Origin: Candidatus Latescibacterota bacterium | GTDB taxonomy: Bacteria > Latescibacterota > UBA2968 | Assembly: GCA_022823725.1 (NCBI GenBank) | Contig: JAJEHL010000011.1 | Location: forward strand, 73,107 to 137,106 | Length of the DNA stretch: 64,000 nt | Direction of reading: 5' to 3' | In this document: positions 55,031 through 64,000 of the stretch, piece after piece | Layout of the letters: each line of letters opens with the position of its first letter | Position numbering within the stretch: position 1 is the stretch's first letter | Notes under the pieces: model-generated | Told to the model about the DNA's origin: nothing | Databases searched by the model: none | Seen by the model: only the letters and a program-made list of their open reading frames with translations | Made by a program: the position numbers and the translations under genes

Positions 55031-56986
55031 GTGTCAGTACAAACAACCGACATACAGGAACCCCAACCCCTGACAAAACGATCGCCCTGGTGGGCAATTG
55101 CACTGGCCGTATTGATCACCGTATCAATCAACGCAATCATCCCCTATACCCATCATTACATGCACACCATCTCACTGGTCGAAGGCATGATACCGATGGG
55201 TATTTTTATGCCATTTTTGGTACTGATCTTTATCGTAAATCCCGTGCTACGCGCCCTGGGATATGCATTACAACCCTGGGAATTGATCTTCATTTTCGCG
55301 GTGGGCTACGTGAGCATGTCCATCAATGAACTGCTCGGGCGCGTACTGGCAACCTATGCCGTAATGCACTACATGGCCACGCCGGAAAACCTCTGGGAAG
55401 AATACGTCTTGGGCCTCGTCCAACCCTATCTCGTAGTCGAAGATGCCAAAGATCAATTGGCCTGGTTTTACGAGGGCCTGCCTCGCAACGCAACGATCCC
55501 CTGGGCAATCTGGATACGCCCCACATTCTGGTGGCTGAGCTTTATCGCCGCACTCGGCATGGGATCAGTCGCATTGGCTACAATCTTGCGCCGGCAATGG
55601 GTCGAACAAGAGCGGTTGCCCTTTCCCTTTGCACAAGTCGCCGAAGAACTGGCCGAGACAGCGGGACCAAAGGGATTTCCCGAATACATGAAACAGCCGT
55701 TATTCTGGGCTGGCTTTTCCATTCCCGCAGTTATTGTACTGTGGTACATCATCGGCTACTTCGACCCCAGCTTCCCCGTAATTACCATAGGGATCCAGAA
55801 TCACACAATCTCATTGGGAAGATATGTGCCCTACCTGCACGGACGCCTCAACTTTTTAATTATCGGATTTGCGTACTTTACCGATCTACAGGTCTTATTT
55901 TCAATCTGGGTATTCTGGGTACTCACCTGGCTTCAAATAGGGATGACCAACCGGCTGGGCCTGGCAGAGGGCCTGGGTGAGTTTGCTGGCACGCGGCAGC
56001 AGGCACTGGGGGGATTTATCGTCTTTTGTCTATGGGGATTGTGGATTGCGCGAACCCACATAAAGGCGGTCTTCCAACAGGCATTTCGCCAGACAAAAAA
56101 TATGGATGACCAGAACGAATTAATGTCCTACCGCACTGCAGTCGCCACATTTCTCGCCTGTACTCTATTTGCCATGTTCTGGTTATTCAAAGGAGGGATG
56201 ACACCGTTTTGGGCCGTATTGGTCACGGTATTCTGGTTCATCTTTTACACCGGATTTGCCAAAATCGTAGCAATGACCGGACTCGTATTTCTGGAATCGC
56301 CCAGCAGCCTGGGCACGGGCATAATGGGATTCGCACCACCTGATTCACTATCGCCAAACACAATTGCTATGCGGCAACAAGTGGGCAGCATGTATCAAAA
56401 TGGCAAAAGCTTTACCATGCCCGCTGCCGCCCATGCCGCGCGGTTGAGCATCGGCCTGGGCAATCGGGCGCGTGTACTGGGTTTGACCATCGCATTTGCA
56501 TTTATATTTTCGCTCATTGCCGCCGCCGCATCGACAATTTATCTGGGCTATACCGATGGCGCGTTTAATTTTGGCTCGTACATGTTCCGGGTTGCTGCGC
56601 CGCGCTACTACGACGGCATTGTATCATCCATCCGCGACATAGGCAAAGAGACCCATTACGGCCTTCGGATGGCATTTACCGCATTTGGCGCACTGACAAT
56701 GGGCATCTTAACCCTCTGCCAATACCGATTCACCTGGTGGCCTCTCCATCCCATCGGCTTTACGGTCGTAACCTTTTATTCGGCACGCACTGCCATCTTG
56801 TCCGTATTTCTCACATGGCTGATTAAATTTGTCATATTCCGCCTGGGAGGGATCGCGCTGTATCGCAGGGCAAAACCCTTTTTCATCGGCATGATCGTGG
56901 GATACACCCTATCGCTCATTGTGAGCATGGGCGTCGATCTCTTATGGTTCCCCGGGCAAGGGCACAATCTGTATTGGGGAGATTAA
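55031..56986 (+). CDS. polytopic inner-membrane protein of unknown function
   Basis: GTG start with an AAGGAG RBS. About 16 predicted TM segments, rich in W/F/Y. No family assignment was possible. Confidence 0.6.
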   Translation: MSVQTTDIQEPQPLTKRSPWWAIALAVLITVSINAIIPYTHHYMHTISLVEGMIPMGIFMPFLVLIFIVNPVLRALGYALQPWELIFIFAVGYVSMSINELLGRVLATYAVMHYMATPENLWEEYVLGLVQPYLVVEDAKDQLAWFYEGLPRNATIPWAIWIRPTFWWLSFIAALGMGSVALATILRRQWVEQERLPFPFAQVAEELAETAGPKGFPEYMKQPLFWAGFSIPAVIVLWYIIGYFDPSFPVITIGIQNHTISLGRYVPYLHGRLNFLIIGFAYFTDLQVLFSIWVFWVLTWLQIGMTNRLGLAEGLGEFAGTRQQALGGFIVFCLWGLWIARTHIKAVFQQAFRQTKNMDDQNELMSYRTAVATFLACTLFAMFWLFKGGMTPFWAVLVTVFWFIFYTGFAKIVAMTGLVFLESPSSLGTGIMGFAPPDSLSPNTIAMRQQVGSMYQNGKSFTMPAAAHAARLSIGLGNRARVLGLTIAFAFIFSLIAAAASTIYLGYTDGAFNFGSYMFRVAAPRYYDGIVSSIRDIGKETHYGLRMAFTAFGALTMGILTLCQYRFTWWPLHPIGFTVVTFYSARTAILSVFLTWLIKFVIFRLGGIALYRRAKPFFIGMIVGYTLSLIVSMGVDLLWFPGQGHNLYWGD

Positions 56987-57477
56987 ACTTCAAACACCTG
57001 CGACACCCAATCGGACAATCGGGTATTGAGCGGTTTTAACATCACGAGTGCATCTTCGCGGGGATCTGTATAATACGCTTTTCTGATCGCTATAGTCTCA
57101 AACCCCATCTTCTTATAGAGATCAATCGCAACCCAATTGGACATACGCACTTCCAGAGACACCACGCGCACCTTTGTCTTCAGCAGATCAAACACAGCTT
57201 TCAGCGTTCTTCTTCCCCACCCCTTATGTTGAAAATCAGGCGCAATAGCGAAATTCGCCAGATGAAACTCCCGATCAATCAAAAAACCCACGACATAGCC
57301 CGCAACCTCGCACTCTACCGTAACCACCTGGCAAAAACCGTTTTTGCGATTCCGCGCAGACTCAAAATCGCGGCGTTTCCATGGCGCGGGAAAAACAGCC
57401 CTTTCAATTTTTATAACCCGATCGAAGTGCGAAGGGACCATCTCTACCAGCACGGGCGTTCCAGAATTATCCATCAC
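56983..57477 (-). CDS. rimI: GNAT N-acetyltransferase (ribosomal-protein-alanine acetyltransferase RimI-like)
   Basis: GNAT motif A ...QHKGWGRRTL... It overlaps the tsaB stop, which is the conserved tsaB-rimI arrangement. Confidence 0.7.
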   Translation of the reverse strand: MMDNSGTPVLVEMVPSHFDRVIKIERAVFPAPWKRRDFESARNRKNGFCQVVTVECEVAGYVVGFLIDREFHLANFAIAPDFQHKGWGRRTLKAVFDLLKTKVRVVSLEVRMSNWVAIDLYKKMGFETIAIRKAYYTDPREDALVMLKPLNTRLSDWVSQVFEV

Positions 57478-58186
57478 CAGTCAAACGCGCTTCCCGCACG
57501 CGCTCTGCTTGTGTTCGCCGCAAATAAAAAGGCTCTGCCGTCTCCGCATCATCCACCTCTCCCCGTTCACAACGCGCCTGCCCCAACAGCGCAACAGCCC
57601 CGGCAGTCGGGCGACCCAGAGTTGCATTTGCAAAATACGCATCTCGTCCCAACGCATCGACAATAACATCGCGATAAGCCTGGGCACCATCTCCCACCAC
57701 CGTCACAGGACGCGGCAGACGCGTGACCCAATTGGAAACCGCATCTGCGCGATCGGGCATTCTCGAAATCGGATCCCCCGCAACGAGATCATATACCCCC
57801 GCATACACATCGCCTCGCCGAGCATCCAGCATCGGGCAAACGGGCACCCCCTCCACCCCTGCCCCAAAAGCCATGCCAGCAAGGGTTGACACGCACACAA
57901 ACACAAGATCGGCACCGCGACACAACCCCTTTGCCAGACCCATACCGATACGCAACCCCGTAAACGAACCGGGACCAGCAGCCACAGCCACGCCATCCAG
58001 ATCGCCAACGCTTAAACTCGCCTCTCGCAACACCATCTCAACCATCGGCTGCAACCGCTCCGAATGATGCGATCCCAATTCCAACGTGTATTCCACAACC
58101 ACGCGGGCATCGCAGGCCAGAGCCACACTGCATACCGGTGTTGAAGTCTCAATACCCAAAAATTTTTGCACCTTGCAATACCTCAA
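57467..58186 (-). CDS. tsaB: tRNA threonylcarbamoyladenosine biosynthesis protein TsaB
   Basis: ...[16 protein letters not shown]... (inactive Kae1/TsaD-homolog N-terminus) and ...[13 protein letters not shown]... The TTG start overlaps the ruvB stop (TTGA). Confidence 0.8.
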   Translation of the reverse strand: MRYCKVQKFLGIETSTPVCSVALACDARVVVEYTLELGSHHSERLQPMVEMVLREASLSVGDLDGVAVAAGPGSFTGLRIGMGLAKGLCRGADLVFVCVSTLAGMAFGAGVEGVPVCPMLDARRGDVYAGVYDLVAGDPISRMPDRADAVSNWVTRLPRPVTVVGDGAQAYRDVIVDALGRDAYFANATLGRPTAGAVALLGQARCERGEVDDAETAEPFYLRRTQAERVREARLTGDG

Positions 58187-59208
58187 AACAACTTACTTTG
58201 CGACTCATCTTCGGGCGGCGTCTTCCCCAAATGCAAATACGCCCGCGCCGTCGCTTGTCGCCCCCGAGGCGTGCGCACCAGCAACCCCTCCTGAATCAGA
58301 TAGGGTTCATACACTTCCTCGAGCGTATCCATCTCCTCACTCAGCGCAGCCCCCAGGTTATTCAAACCAACGGGACCCCCGTCGAATTTATCGATCAGCG
58401 TTTCCAACAATCGGCGATCCATTTCATCCAATCCCTTTGCATCCACCCCCAATAATGCCAGTGCCTTAACCGCAACTTCTTCCGTAATCACGCCATCGGC
58501 GCGCGCCTGTGCATAATCGCGAGACCGCGACAACTGACGCCCGGCAATGCGCGCTGTTCCCCGCGACCTGTGGGCAATCACGCGCGCGGCATCCTCTTCA
58601 ATCTCAATACCCAAAATACGCGCCGCCCTCATTACAATGGCCTGCAACTCTTCCGGAGCGTAAAAATCCAGCCGCTCCATCAACCCAAAGCGCGATCGCA
58701 TCGGTGCCGTAAGCAGTCCCAATCGCGTTGTTGCGCCCACCATAGTAAAAGGTTCAAGCGGAATTTGATACGACCTGGCACTCGGCCCGCTATCGATCAT
58801 AATATCCAGCGTAAAATCCTCCATTGCCGAATACAAATGTTCTTCTACCACCCGATTCATGCGATGGATCTCGTCGATAAACAGCACATCGCGCTCATTC
58901 AAATTCGTCAAAATCCCCGCCAGGTCAGCCGGACGCTCGAGTACCGGTCCCGATGTCACATGAATTTCAACCTCAAGCTCGTGCGCTATCACATAAGCCA
59001 TCGTCGTTTTGCCCAGACCGGGAGGCCCGTGCAACAAAATATGATCCATAGCCTCATTGCGATGACGCGCAGCCTCCACAGCAATACGCAAATTCGTCTT
59101 CGCCTTTTCTTGCCCGACCATATCGTCAAATCGAATTGGACGAATCCGCTGATCGCGCTCAAGTTCGTCGCCATCCTGAAATTCGGGATCGGTAAATCGT
59201 TCATCCAT
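58183..59208 (-). CDS. ruvB: Holliday junction branch-migration ATPase RuvB
   Basis: Start at the ATG 59206-59208 (MDERFTD...). Walker [10 protein letters not shown]. ...[15 protein letters not shown]... Confidence 0.9.
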   Translation of the reverse strand: MDERFTDPEFQDGDELERDQRIRPIRFDDMVGQEKAKTNLRIAVEAARHRNEAMDHILLHGPPGLGKTTMAYVIAHELEVEIHVTSGPVLERPADLAGILTNLNERDVLFIDEIHRMNRVVEEHLYSAMEDFTLDIMIDSGPSARSYQIPLEPFTMVGATTRLGLLTAPMRSRFGLMERLDFYAPEELQAIVMRAARILGIEIEEDAARVIAHRSRGTARIAGRQLSRSRDYAQARADGVITEEVAVKALALLGVDAKGLDEMDRRLLETLIDKFDGGPVGLNNLGAALSEEMDTLEEVYEPYLIQEGLLVRTPRGRQATARAYLHLGKTPPEDESQSKLF

Positions 59209-59304
59209 AAAAATGGCCTTATGACTACATAGATACGAGCGGGTTAGAAACCCGCCCCTACATATCCCACGATACGTTTCTTTTTTTACACCACCCATGC
59301 AGGT

Positions 59305-59901
59305 TTAGATATTTCTCAACGACCGCTTAATCACTTCCTCAATCGGCGCGTCGTCGCCCAACTCCTGCAAGACCGTTGCAACAACTTTGCGCGCCTGCAC
59401 CGGATTCGCGCCCAAACCAGATAGAGCAGCAGCGGCTTCGTCCAACAAATCGGGATCTGCATGCCCCACGGCATCGGATGTAAGATCTTCTGGCGCAATA
59501 TCGCCAATTTTGTCCTTCATTTCCAGCACCAGACGCTGCGCGAGTTTTTGACCAATGCCTTTAATACGCGTCAATCCTTTGGCATCTTCTGCGGCAACCA
59601 ACCGCCTGAAATCGGCAATGGGAATACCGGACAAAATTTTCAATGCCATCGGTGGTCCAATACCCGAAACCGCAATCAGGCGCTCAAACAAATCGCGTTC
59701 GGACACTGAGGCAAATCCGTAAAGCGTCATCGCGTCTTCCCTCACATAGAGATGCGTGAGAATATTGACGCGCCCGTCCTCAACCGAAAGCGATTCATAA
59801 CTCGACAGCGAAATATTGACGTGATACCCCACACCCTGAACATCGACAATAACATGAGTCGGGTGTTTTTCGACCAATCGCCCTTCTAAAAACGCAATCA
59901 T
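59305..59901 (-). CDS. ruvA: Holliday junction DNA helicase RuvA
   Basis: MIAFLEGRLVEKHPTHVIVDVQGVGYHVNIS... plus HhH motifs (GIGPPMALKILS, IKGIGQKLAQRL). Confidence 0.9.
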   Translation of the reverse strand: MIAFLEGRLVEKHPTHVIVDVQGVGYHVNISLSSYESLSVEDGRVNILTHLYVREDAMTLYGFASVSERDLFERLIAVSGIGPPMALKILSGIPIADFRRLVAAEDAKGLTRIKGIGQKLAQRLVLEMKDKIGDIAPEDLTSDAVGHADPDLLDEAAAALSGLGANPVQARKVVATVLQELGDDAPIEEVIKRSLRNI

Positions 59902-59905
59902 TATA

Positions 59906-60538
59906 TTATCTTTCCCTTCGGTTCAGTCGCCGTCGCGACTTCGCACTCACGCCGATTTCTTTGAGTTTCTCATCAAAACGACTCTGTTCCCTACCCCCCT
60001 GTTTCAACGCCTCAATTTTCTCTGCCAATTTATTTTGTCGTATCCCAGGCCCTTGCACGGCAACCTTCTGATGCGCGTGACACAGGGCAATCGCCACGGC
60101 ATCTGTCGCATCAAAACCCTGACCCACTGCCTCTTTTCCCAACAATCGCTGAATCATAAATTGCACCTGTTCTTTGGACGCACCGCCCCGGCCCACAACG
60201 GCTCTTTTCACCTCGCGGGGGGAGTACTCAAAAATGGGCAGATCGGAATTGGCCAGTGCCGTCACAATAGCCCCACGCGCCTGACACAACTTAATCAGCG
60301 ATTGCGTATTGGCACCGTAAAAAACAGATTCAAGCGCGACTTCATGCGGGCTTGAATCCGCGACCAGCGCGAGCAAGTGATCGTAGATGTAGAGCAAGCG
60401 CTGGGGAAAAGACAATTTATTACCGGGCCGAATACAGCCGCATTTCAGCAACTGATTTTTCCGGTTCTGGTGCTCAACCAGACCAAAACCGGTTACCACA
60501 CTACCCGGATCAATACCCAGAATGATCACGCAAACCAC
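59906..60538 (-). CDS. ruvC: crossover junction endodeoxyribonuclease RuvC
   Basis: ...ILGIDPGSVVTGFGLV... catalytic Asp. ...FEYSPREVKRAVVGRGGASKEQV... Carries a ~40-aa basic C-terminal extension. Confidence 0.85.
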   Translation of the reverse strand: MVCVIILGIDPGSVVTGFGLVEHQNRKNQLLKCGCIRPGNKLSFPQRLLYIYDHLLALVADSSPHEVALESVFYGANTQSLIKLCQARGAIVTALANSDLPIFEYSPREVKRAVVGRGGASKEQVQFMIQRLLGKEAVGQGFDATDAVAIALCHAHQKVAVQGPGIRQNKLAEKIEALKQGGREQSRFDEKLKEIGVSAKSRRRLNRRER

Positions 60539-60732
60539 CTTTTGAAGTGTTATCCGCAGGCATGTCCCCCGGATAAAAACACTACGGGGCAGGCTCTGCG
60601 GGTGTAAGCAGGGATGAACGCAGATAAATGCAGATGGAGAGATAAGGAGAGAAAATTCTCACACAAAGACGCGGACAGTGTATAACTGCGATGCATTACC
60701 AGCAGTTCTGGGACATAACTGGGGAGGGGAAA

Positions 60733-61482
60733 TCACTCAGTCAGGACAGCTAATTCTTTGTCATCAATCTCAAAATTGGCATATACCCGCTGCACATCGT
60801 CATTGTCTTCGAGCATTTCCATCAAGGCCAACAATTGCTGCGCGATTTTGCCTTCAACGGGCACAGTATTTTGCGGAACGCGCGTCAATTCAGCGCGCTC
60901 GATTTCAATACCCGCCTCTTCAATCGCTCTGCGAACGCTTTCAAAATCGGGCAGAGATGCATAAACTTCATAGACATTTTCTTCTTCTGCAATATCCTCG
61001 GCACCGGTATCCAACGCCACCAGCATGATCTCTTCCTCTTCCACACCCTCTTTGGGCACCGAAATCAGGCCCTTTTGCTCAAACACCCACGCCACGGAAC
61101 CACTTTCGGCCATACTGCCGTTGTATTTGCTAAACAAATGCCGCACTTCAGATACCGTGCGATTGCGATTATCCGTCAGAGTTTCAATAAACACGGCCAC
61201 ACCGCCCGGTCCGTAGCCCTCGTAAATCGCACCTTCATAAGATTCGCCTTCAAGCTCTCCTGTACCCTTTTTAATCGCGCGCTCAATATTGCCCATAGGC
61301 ATATTTTCCACCTTCGCACCCAGAACAGCCGCGCGCAGACGCGGATTGTTCGCTTCATCGCCACCACCCTCGCGGGCAGCCACGGTAATCTCTCGGATCA
61401 ATTTGGTAAACGCCTTGCCTCGAGCCGCGTCCTGACGGCTCTTGCGATGCTTGATATTTGCCCATTTAGAATGTCCAGCCAT
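60733..61482 (-). CDS. yebC: YebC/PmpR-family transcriptional regulator
   Basis: [14 protein letters not shown]... is diagnostic. Lies upstream of ruvCAB. Confidence 0.9.
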   Translation of the reverse strand: MAGHSKWANIKHRKSRQDAARGKAFTKLIREITVAAREGGGDEANNPRLRAAVLGAKVENMPMGNIERAIKKGTGELEGESYEGAIYEGYGPGGVAVFIETLTDNRNRTVSEVRHLFSKYNGSMAESGSVAWVFEQKGLISVPKEGVEEEEIMLVALDTGAEDIAEEENVYEVYASLPDFESVRRAIEEAGIEIERAELTRVPQNTVPVEGKIAQQLLALMEMLEDNDDVQRVYANFEIDDKELAVLTE

Positions 61483-61567
61483 CCTGCCATACTCCTTTAT
61501 TTATAGGTCTCCTATTACCTTGATCCAAATGTAGTCAGAACCCCGGCATTGTGCAATAGGAAATACG

Positions 61568-63007
61568 CTACTCACGAACTTGCAACAGATCCATAAATTC
61601 CCACACGGGCATCGTATCCAAATCCGAACTTTCAAACACAGCCAAAATATCTTGCACCTGGCGCATCTCAAACCGCGTACTCATATTTTCCACAAACTTT
61701 TCCACCAGCAAAGGCGCGGCCTCCTGACGCCTTCTACGATGCCCAATGGGATATTCAACCGTCACGGCCGCTGTTGCCGATCCATCTTTAAAAAACACCT
61801 GTACAGTATTGGCAATTGACCGCTTCTGAGGATCGTGATAATCCCGCGTAAACCGCGCGTTCTCCATCACCACCATCTTTTCTCTCAACCCATCAATGCG
61901 CGCGTCCTCTGCACGCTCCTCCTCATAGTCATCTGCGGTCAAATCCCCAAAAATCAGCCCTATCGCCACCATATATTGCAAGCAGTGATCTCGATCTGCA
62001 GGATTGTACAGCGGACCGGTCTTATCGATAATTTTTACGGCAGCTTCGTGGGTCTCAATCACCACCCGCTCGACCATCTCCAAACGCGGTGCCACCTCAT
62101 CGTGCAATGCAAACGCGGCTTCTACCGCTGTCTGCGCGTGAAATTCGGCGGGAAAAGACACCTTGAACAACACGTTTTCCATCACATAAGAACCATACAA
62201 ACGTTGAAACTGAAACCGGTCACCATTCCAAAAGCGGTCGTAAAAACCCCATACGGGTGCAGACAGAGCCGTTGGATATCCCATCTCACCGCGCTTTGTT
62301 TGCAATGCCAAAAACACGCCACGCGCTGTCGCATCACCCGCCGCCCAACTCTTGCGCGATCCCGTATTGGGTGCATGCCGATAGGTTCGCAAAGGACCCA
62401 AATCGCACCACACCTGCGACAATGCATTAACCACCTGCCCCTCATCACAGCCCAGCAGCCCAGCAGAAACCGCCGCGCTCGCCAACTTCACCAAAATCAC
62501 ATGGTCCAGTCCCCGAGCATTAAAACTGTTTTCCAACGCCATCACGCCCTGAATCTCGTGCGCCTTGATCATCGCCACAAACACATCCCGCATAACCAGC
62601 ATTTCTCTCCCCTGTGCCCGCTGCGTGCGCGACATCCAATCCGCCACCCCGAGAATTGCACCCAGGTTGTCTGAAGGATGGCCCCACTCAGCCGCCAACC
62701 ACGTATCGTTAAAATCCAGCCAGCGCACCAGTGTCCCAATATTAAATGCAGCAGTCACCGGATCGAGTTCGTAACCAGTACCCGGCACCCGCGCACCGTG
62801 CGGCACAATCGTTCCCGGCACCACGGGACCGAGCATCTTCGTACACTCGGAAAACCGCAATGCCAACACCGCACACCCCAAACTATCCATCAGACACAAT
62901 CGAGCCGTCTGAAAAGCCTCCGCGGAATTCACTTCACAATCCAGCACGTACTGTGCGATAGTCACCAGTTCTCTATCCGGTGTCCGACCATCCATAGCAG
63001 TCCTCAA
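61568..63007 (-). CDS. prpD: MmgE/PrpD-family 2-methylcitrate dehydratase
   Basis: About 479 aa with PrpD-family length and motifs (...[14 protein letters not shown]...). Adjacent to a citrate-synthase-family gene. Confidence 0.75.
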   Translation of the reverse strand: MRTAMDGRTPDRELVTIAQYVLDCEVNSAEAFQTARLCLMDSLGCAVLALRFSECTKMLGPVVPGTIVPHGARVPGTGYELDPVTAAFNIGTLVRWLDFNDTWLAAEWGHPSDNLGAILGVADWMSRTQRAQGREMLVMRDVFVAMIKAHEIQGVMALENSFNARGLDHVILVKLASAAVSAGLLGCDEGQVVNALSQVWCDLGPLRTYRHAPNTGSRKSWAAGDATARGVFLALQTKRGEMGYPTALSAPVWGFYDRFWNGDRFQFQRLYGSYVMENVLFKVSFPAEFHAQTAVEAAFALHDEVAPRLEMVERVVIETHEAAVKIIDKTGPLYNPADRDHCLQYMVAIGLIFGDLTADDYEEERAEDARIDGLREKMVVMENARFTRDYHDPQKRSIANTVQVFFKDGSATAAVTVEYPIGHRRRRQEAAPLLVEKFVENMSTRFEMRQVQDILAVFESSDLDTMPVWEFMDLLQVRE

Positions 63008-63032
63008 GCTATTAGCAATCAGTGATCAGCTA

Positions 63033-63091
63033 AAAAATCCTGGATCGCGGCTAACATCCTGCCGCGATGACGGGCGAGGCATGCCTCGCCC
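63033..63091. repeat. REP-like unit fused to a 20-bp GC palindrome
   Basis: CTGGATCGCGGCTAACATCCTGCCGCGATGACGG followed by GCGAGGCATGCCTCGCCC. Confidence 0.65.
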
Positions 63092-63131
63092 CTACGGTTG
63101 TTCACACTTCACACTTCCTAATTCACACTTC

Positions 63132-64000
63132 CTAGCCCCTATCTTCTATCGGCACATAATCTCGCGCCTCTACCCCCGTGTATTCCGCCAGAGGCCGAAT
63201 CAGCCTATTATCCGCCCGCTGTTCCACCACATGAGCAGCCCAACCGCTACAACGACTGAGCACAAATACAGGTGTGAAAAGCGCCGTCTCAATGCCGGCC
63301 ATATGATACGCTGTTGCCGAATAAAAATCCAAATTTGGAAACAACTTCTTTTCATCCCACATAACCCGCTCAATCGCTTCAGAGATCTCGTACAGACTCA
63401 TATCGCCCATTGCTTCACTGACCTGACGTGCCCAATTTTTAATAATCGCATTGCGCGGATCTCGCACGCGATAAACCCCGTGCCCAAACCCCATAATCAA
63501 TTCTCTGCGCGCCAGCATCTCTCGCACACCTGTTGCCGCGTCTTCGGGCGTCTCGAACTGCTCGATCAATTCCATTGCCCGCTCGTTCGCGCCCCCGTGC
63601 AAAGGCCCGCTCAAAGTGCCAATTGCCCCGGTAATACATCCATAAAAATCAGCAAGCGTAGAAGCGCAGACTCTCGCCGTAAACGTCGAGGCATTAAACT
63701 CGTGCTCGGCATATAAAATCAACGACGCATCCATCATCCGACATTCCAACTCCGAAGGCGTCTCTGCTTTGAGCATATACAAAATATAAGTCGCGTGATC
63801 ATCCACATCCACATCCAAAACATCAGCCCCCAGATGCCAGACCCCCAGCATAGAGGGCAATGCACCCAAAAGCCGCACAGCCACAGTTACGCCATTCCCC
63901 AAATCCCGCTCTGGCTCGGCAATACCAAGCGCCGATACACCGGTTCGCAAAACATCCATCGGATGCGCGTCTGAAGGCAGCGAACGCAGAACCCGCACAA
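63132..64000 (-). CDS. prpC: citrate synthase family protein (2-methylcitrate synthase PrpC-like), C-terminal part; continues past the right edge
   Basis: Citrate-synthase signature around ...GFGHGVYRVRDPR... and a ...MHMLRTGVSALG-like region. The ORF runs to the window end. Confidence 0.75.
   Translation of the reverse strand, partial: VRVLRSLPSDAHPMDVLRTGVSALGIAEPERDLGNGVTVAVRLLGALPSMLGVWHLGADVLDVDVDDHATYILYMLKAETPSELECRMMDASLILYAEHEFNASTFTARVCASTLADFYGCITGAIGTLSGPLHGGANERAMELIEQFETPEDAATGVREMLARRELIMGFGHGVYRVRDPRNAIIKNWARQVSEAMGDMSLYEISEAIERVMWDEKKLFPNLDFYSATAYHMAGIETALFTPVFVLSRCSGWAAHVVEQRADNRLIRPLAEYTGVEARDYVPIEDRG

Overview
This 64-kb window is densely coding, mostly on the minus strand, and comes from a roughly 55% GC diderm bacterium. 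Type-A T9SS C-terminal sorting domain cargo and CarboxypepD_reg-type TonB receptors suggest an FCB-superphylum-like lineage, yet the promoters are sigma70-like (TTGACA-N17-TATNNT), not Bacteroidetes-type. No rRNA, tRNA or CRISPR was found.

Gene content, left to right:
- a DUF1501/DUF1800 pair
- a T9SS cargo cluster (lipoprotein, beta-barrel, 914-aa cargo)
- a giant TonB-dependent receptor and an OmpA-like barrel
- PfkB kinase, SAM methyltransferase, gamma-glutamyltransferase and a VOC protein
- an ECF sigma / anti-sigma / two LTXXQ (Spy/CpxP-like) envelope-stress operon
- ilvB preceded by a leader-peptide attenuator
- a UVR-domain protein and an NCS2 purine permease
- two tandem paralogous TonB-dependent receptors
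- a Gfo/Idh/MocA oxidoreductase
- archaeal-type PheT-PheS preceded by a T-box leader
- a large secreted TlpA-like redoxin fused to five Ig-like repeats and a dockerin, with an in-frame UGA at the CxxC position (selenoprotein candidate with SECIS)
- PhyH dioxygenase, an HTH protein, an aldo-keto reductase and a DUF4143 AAA ATPase
- a cupin and a DUF4258/YgiT-zinc-finger toxin-antitoxin pair
- a form II CODH-like coxS-L-M-G operon with the AYRGAGR motif
- TPR, DsbA-like, Uma2, DUF1844, LptE-like, cysK and a GH29 fucosidase
- a polytopic membrane protein, rimI-tsaB, yebC-ruvC-ruvA-ruvB and prpD-prpC

Intergenic DNA is colonised by two repeat classes. One is a 210-260 bp MITE with terminal inverted repeats and perfect 9-bp target-site duplications, present in four copies. 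The other is a REP-like hairpin family (CTGGATYGCGGCT-loop-GCCGCRATGACGG) with more than 15 copies, often in arrays and combined with other small palindromic modules.

All coordinates come from hand translation of the sequence and the ORF track; no database searches were possible.
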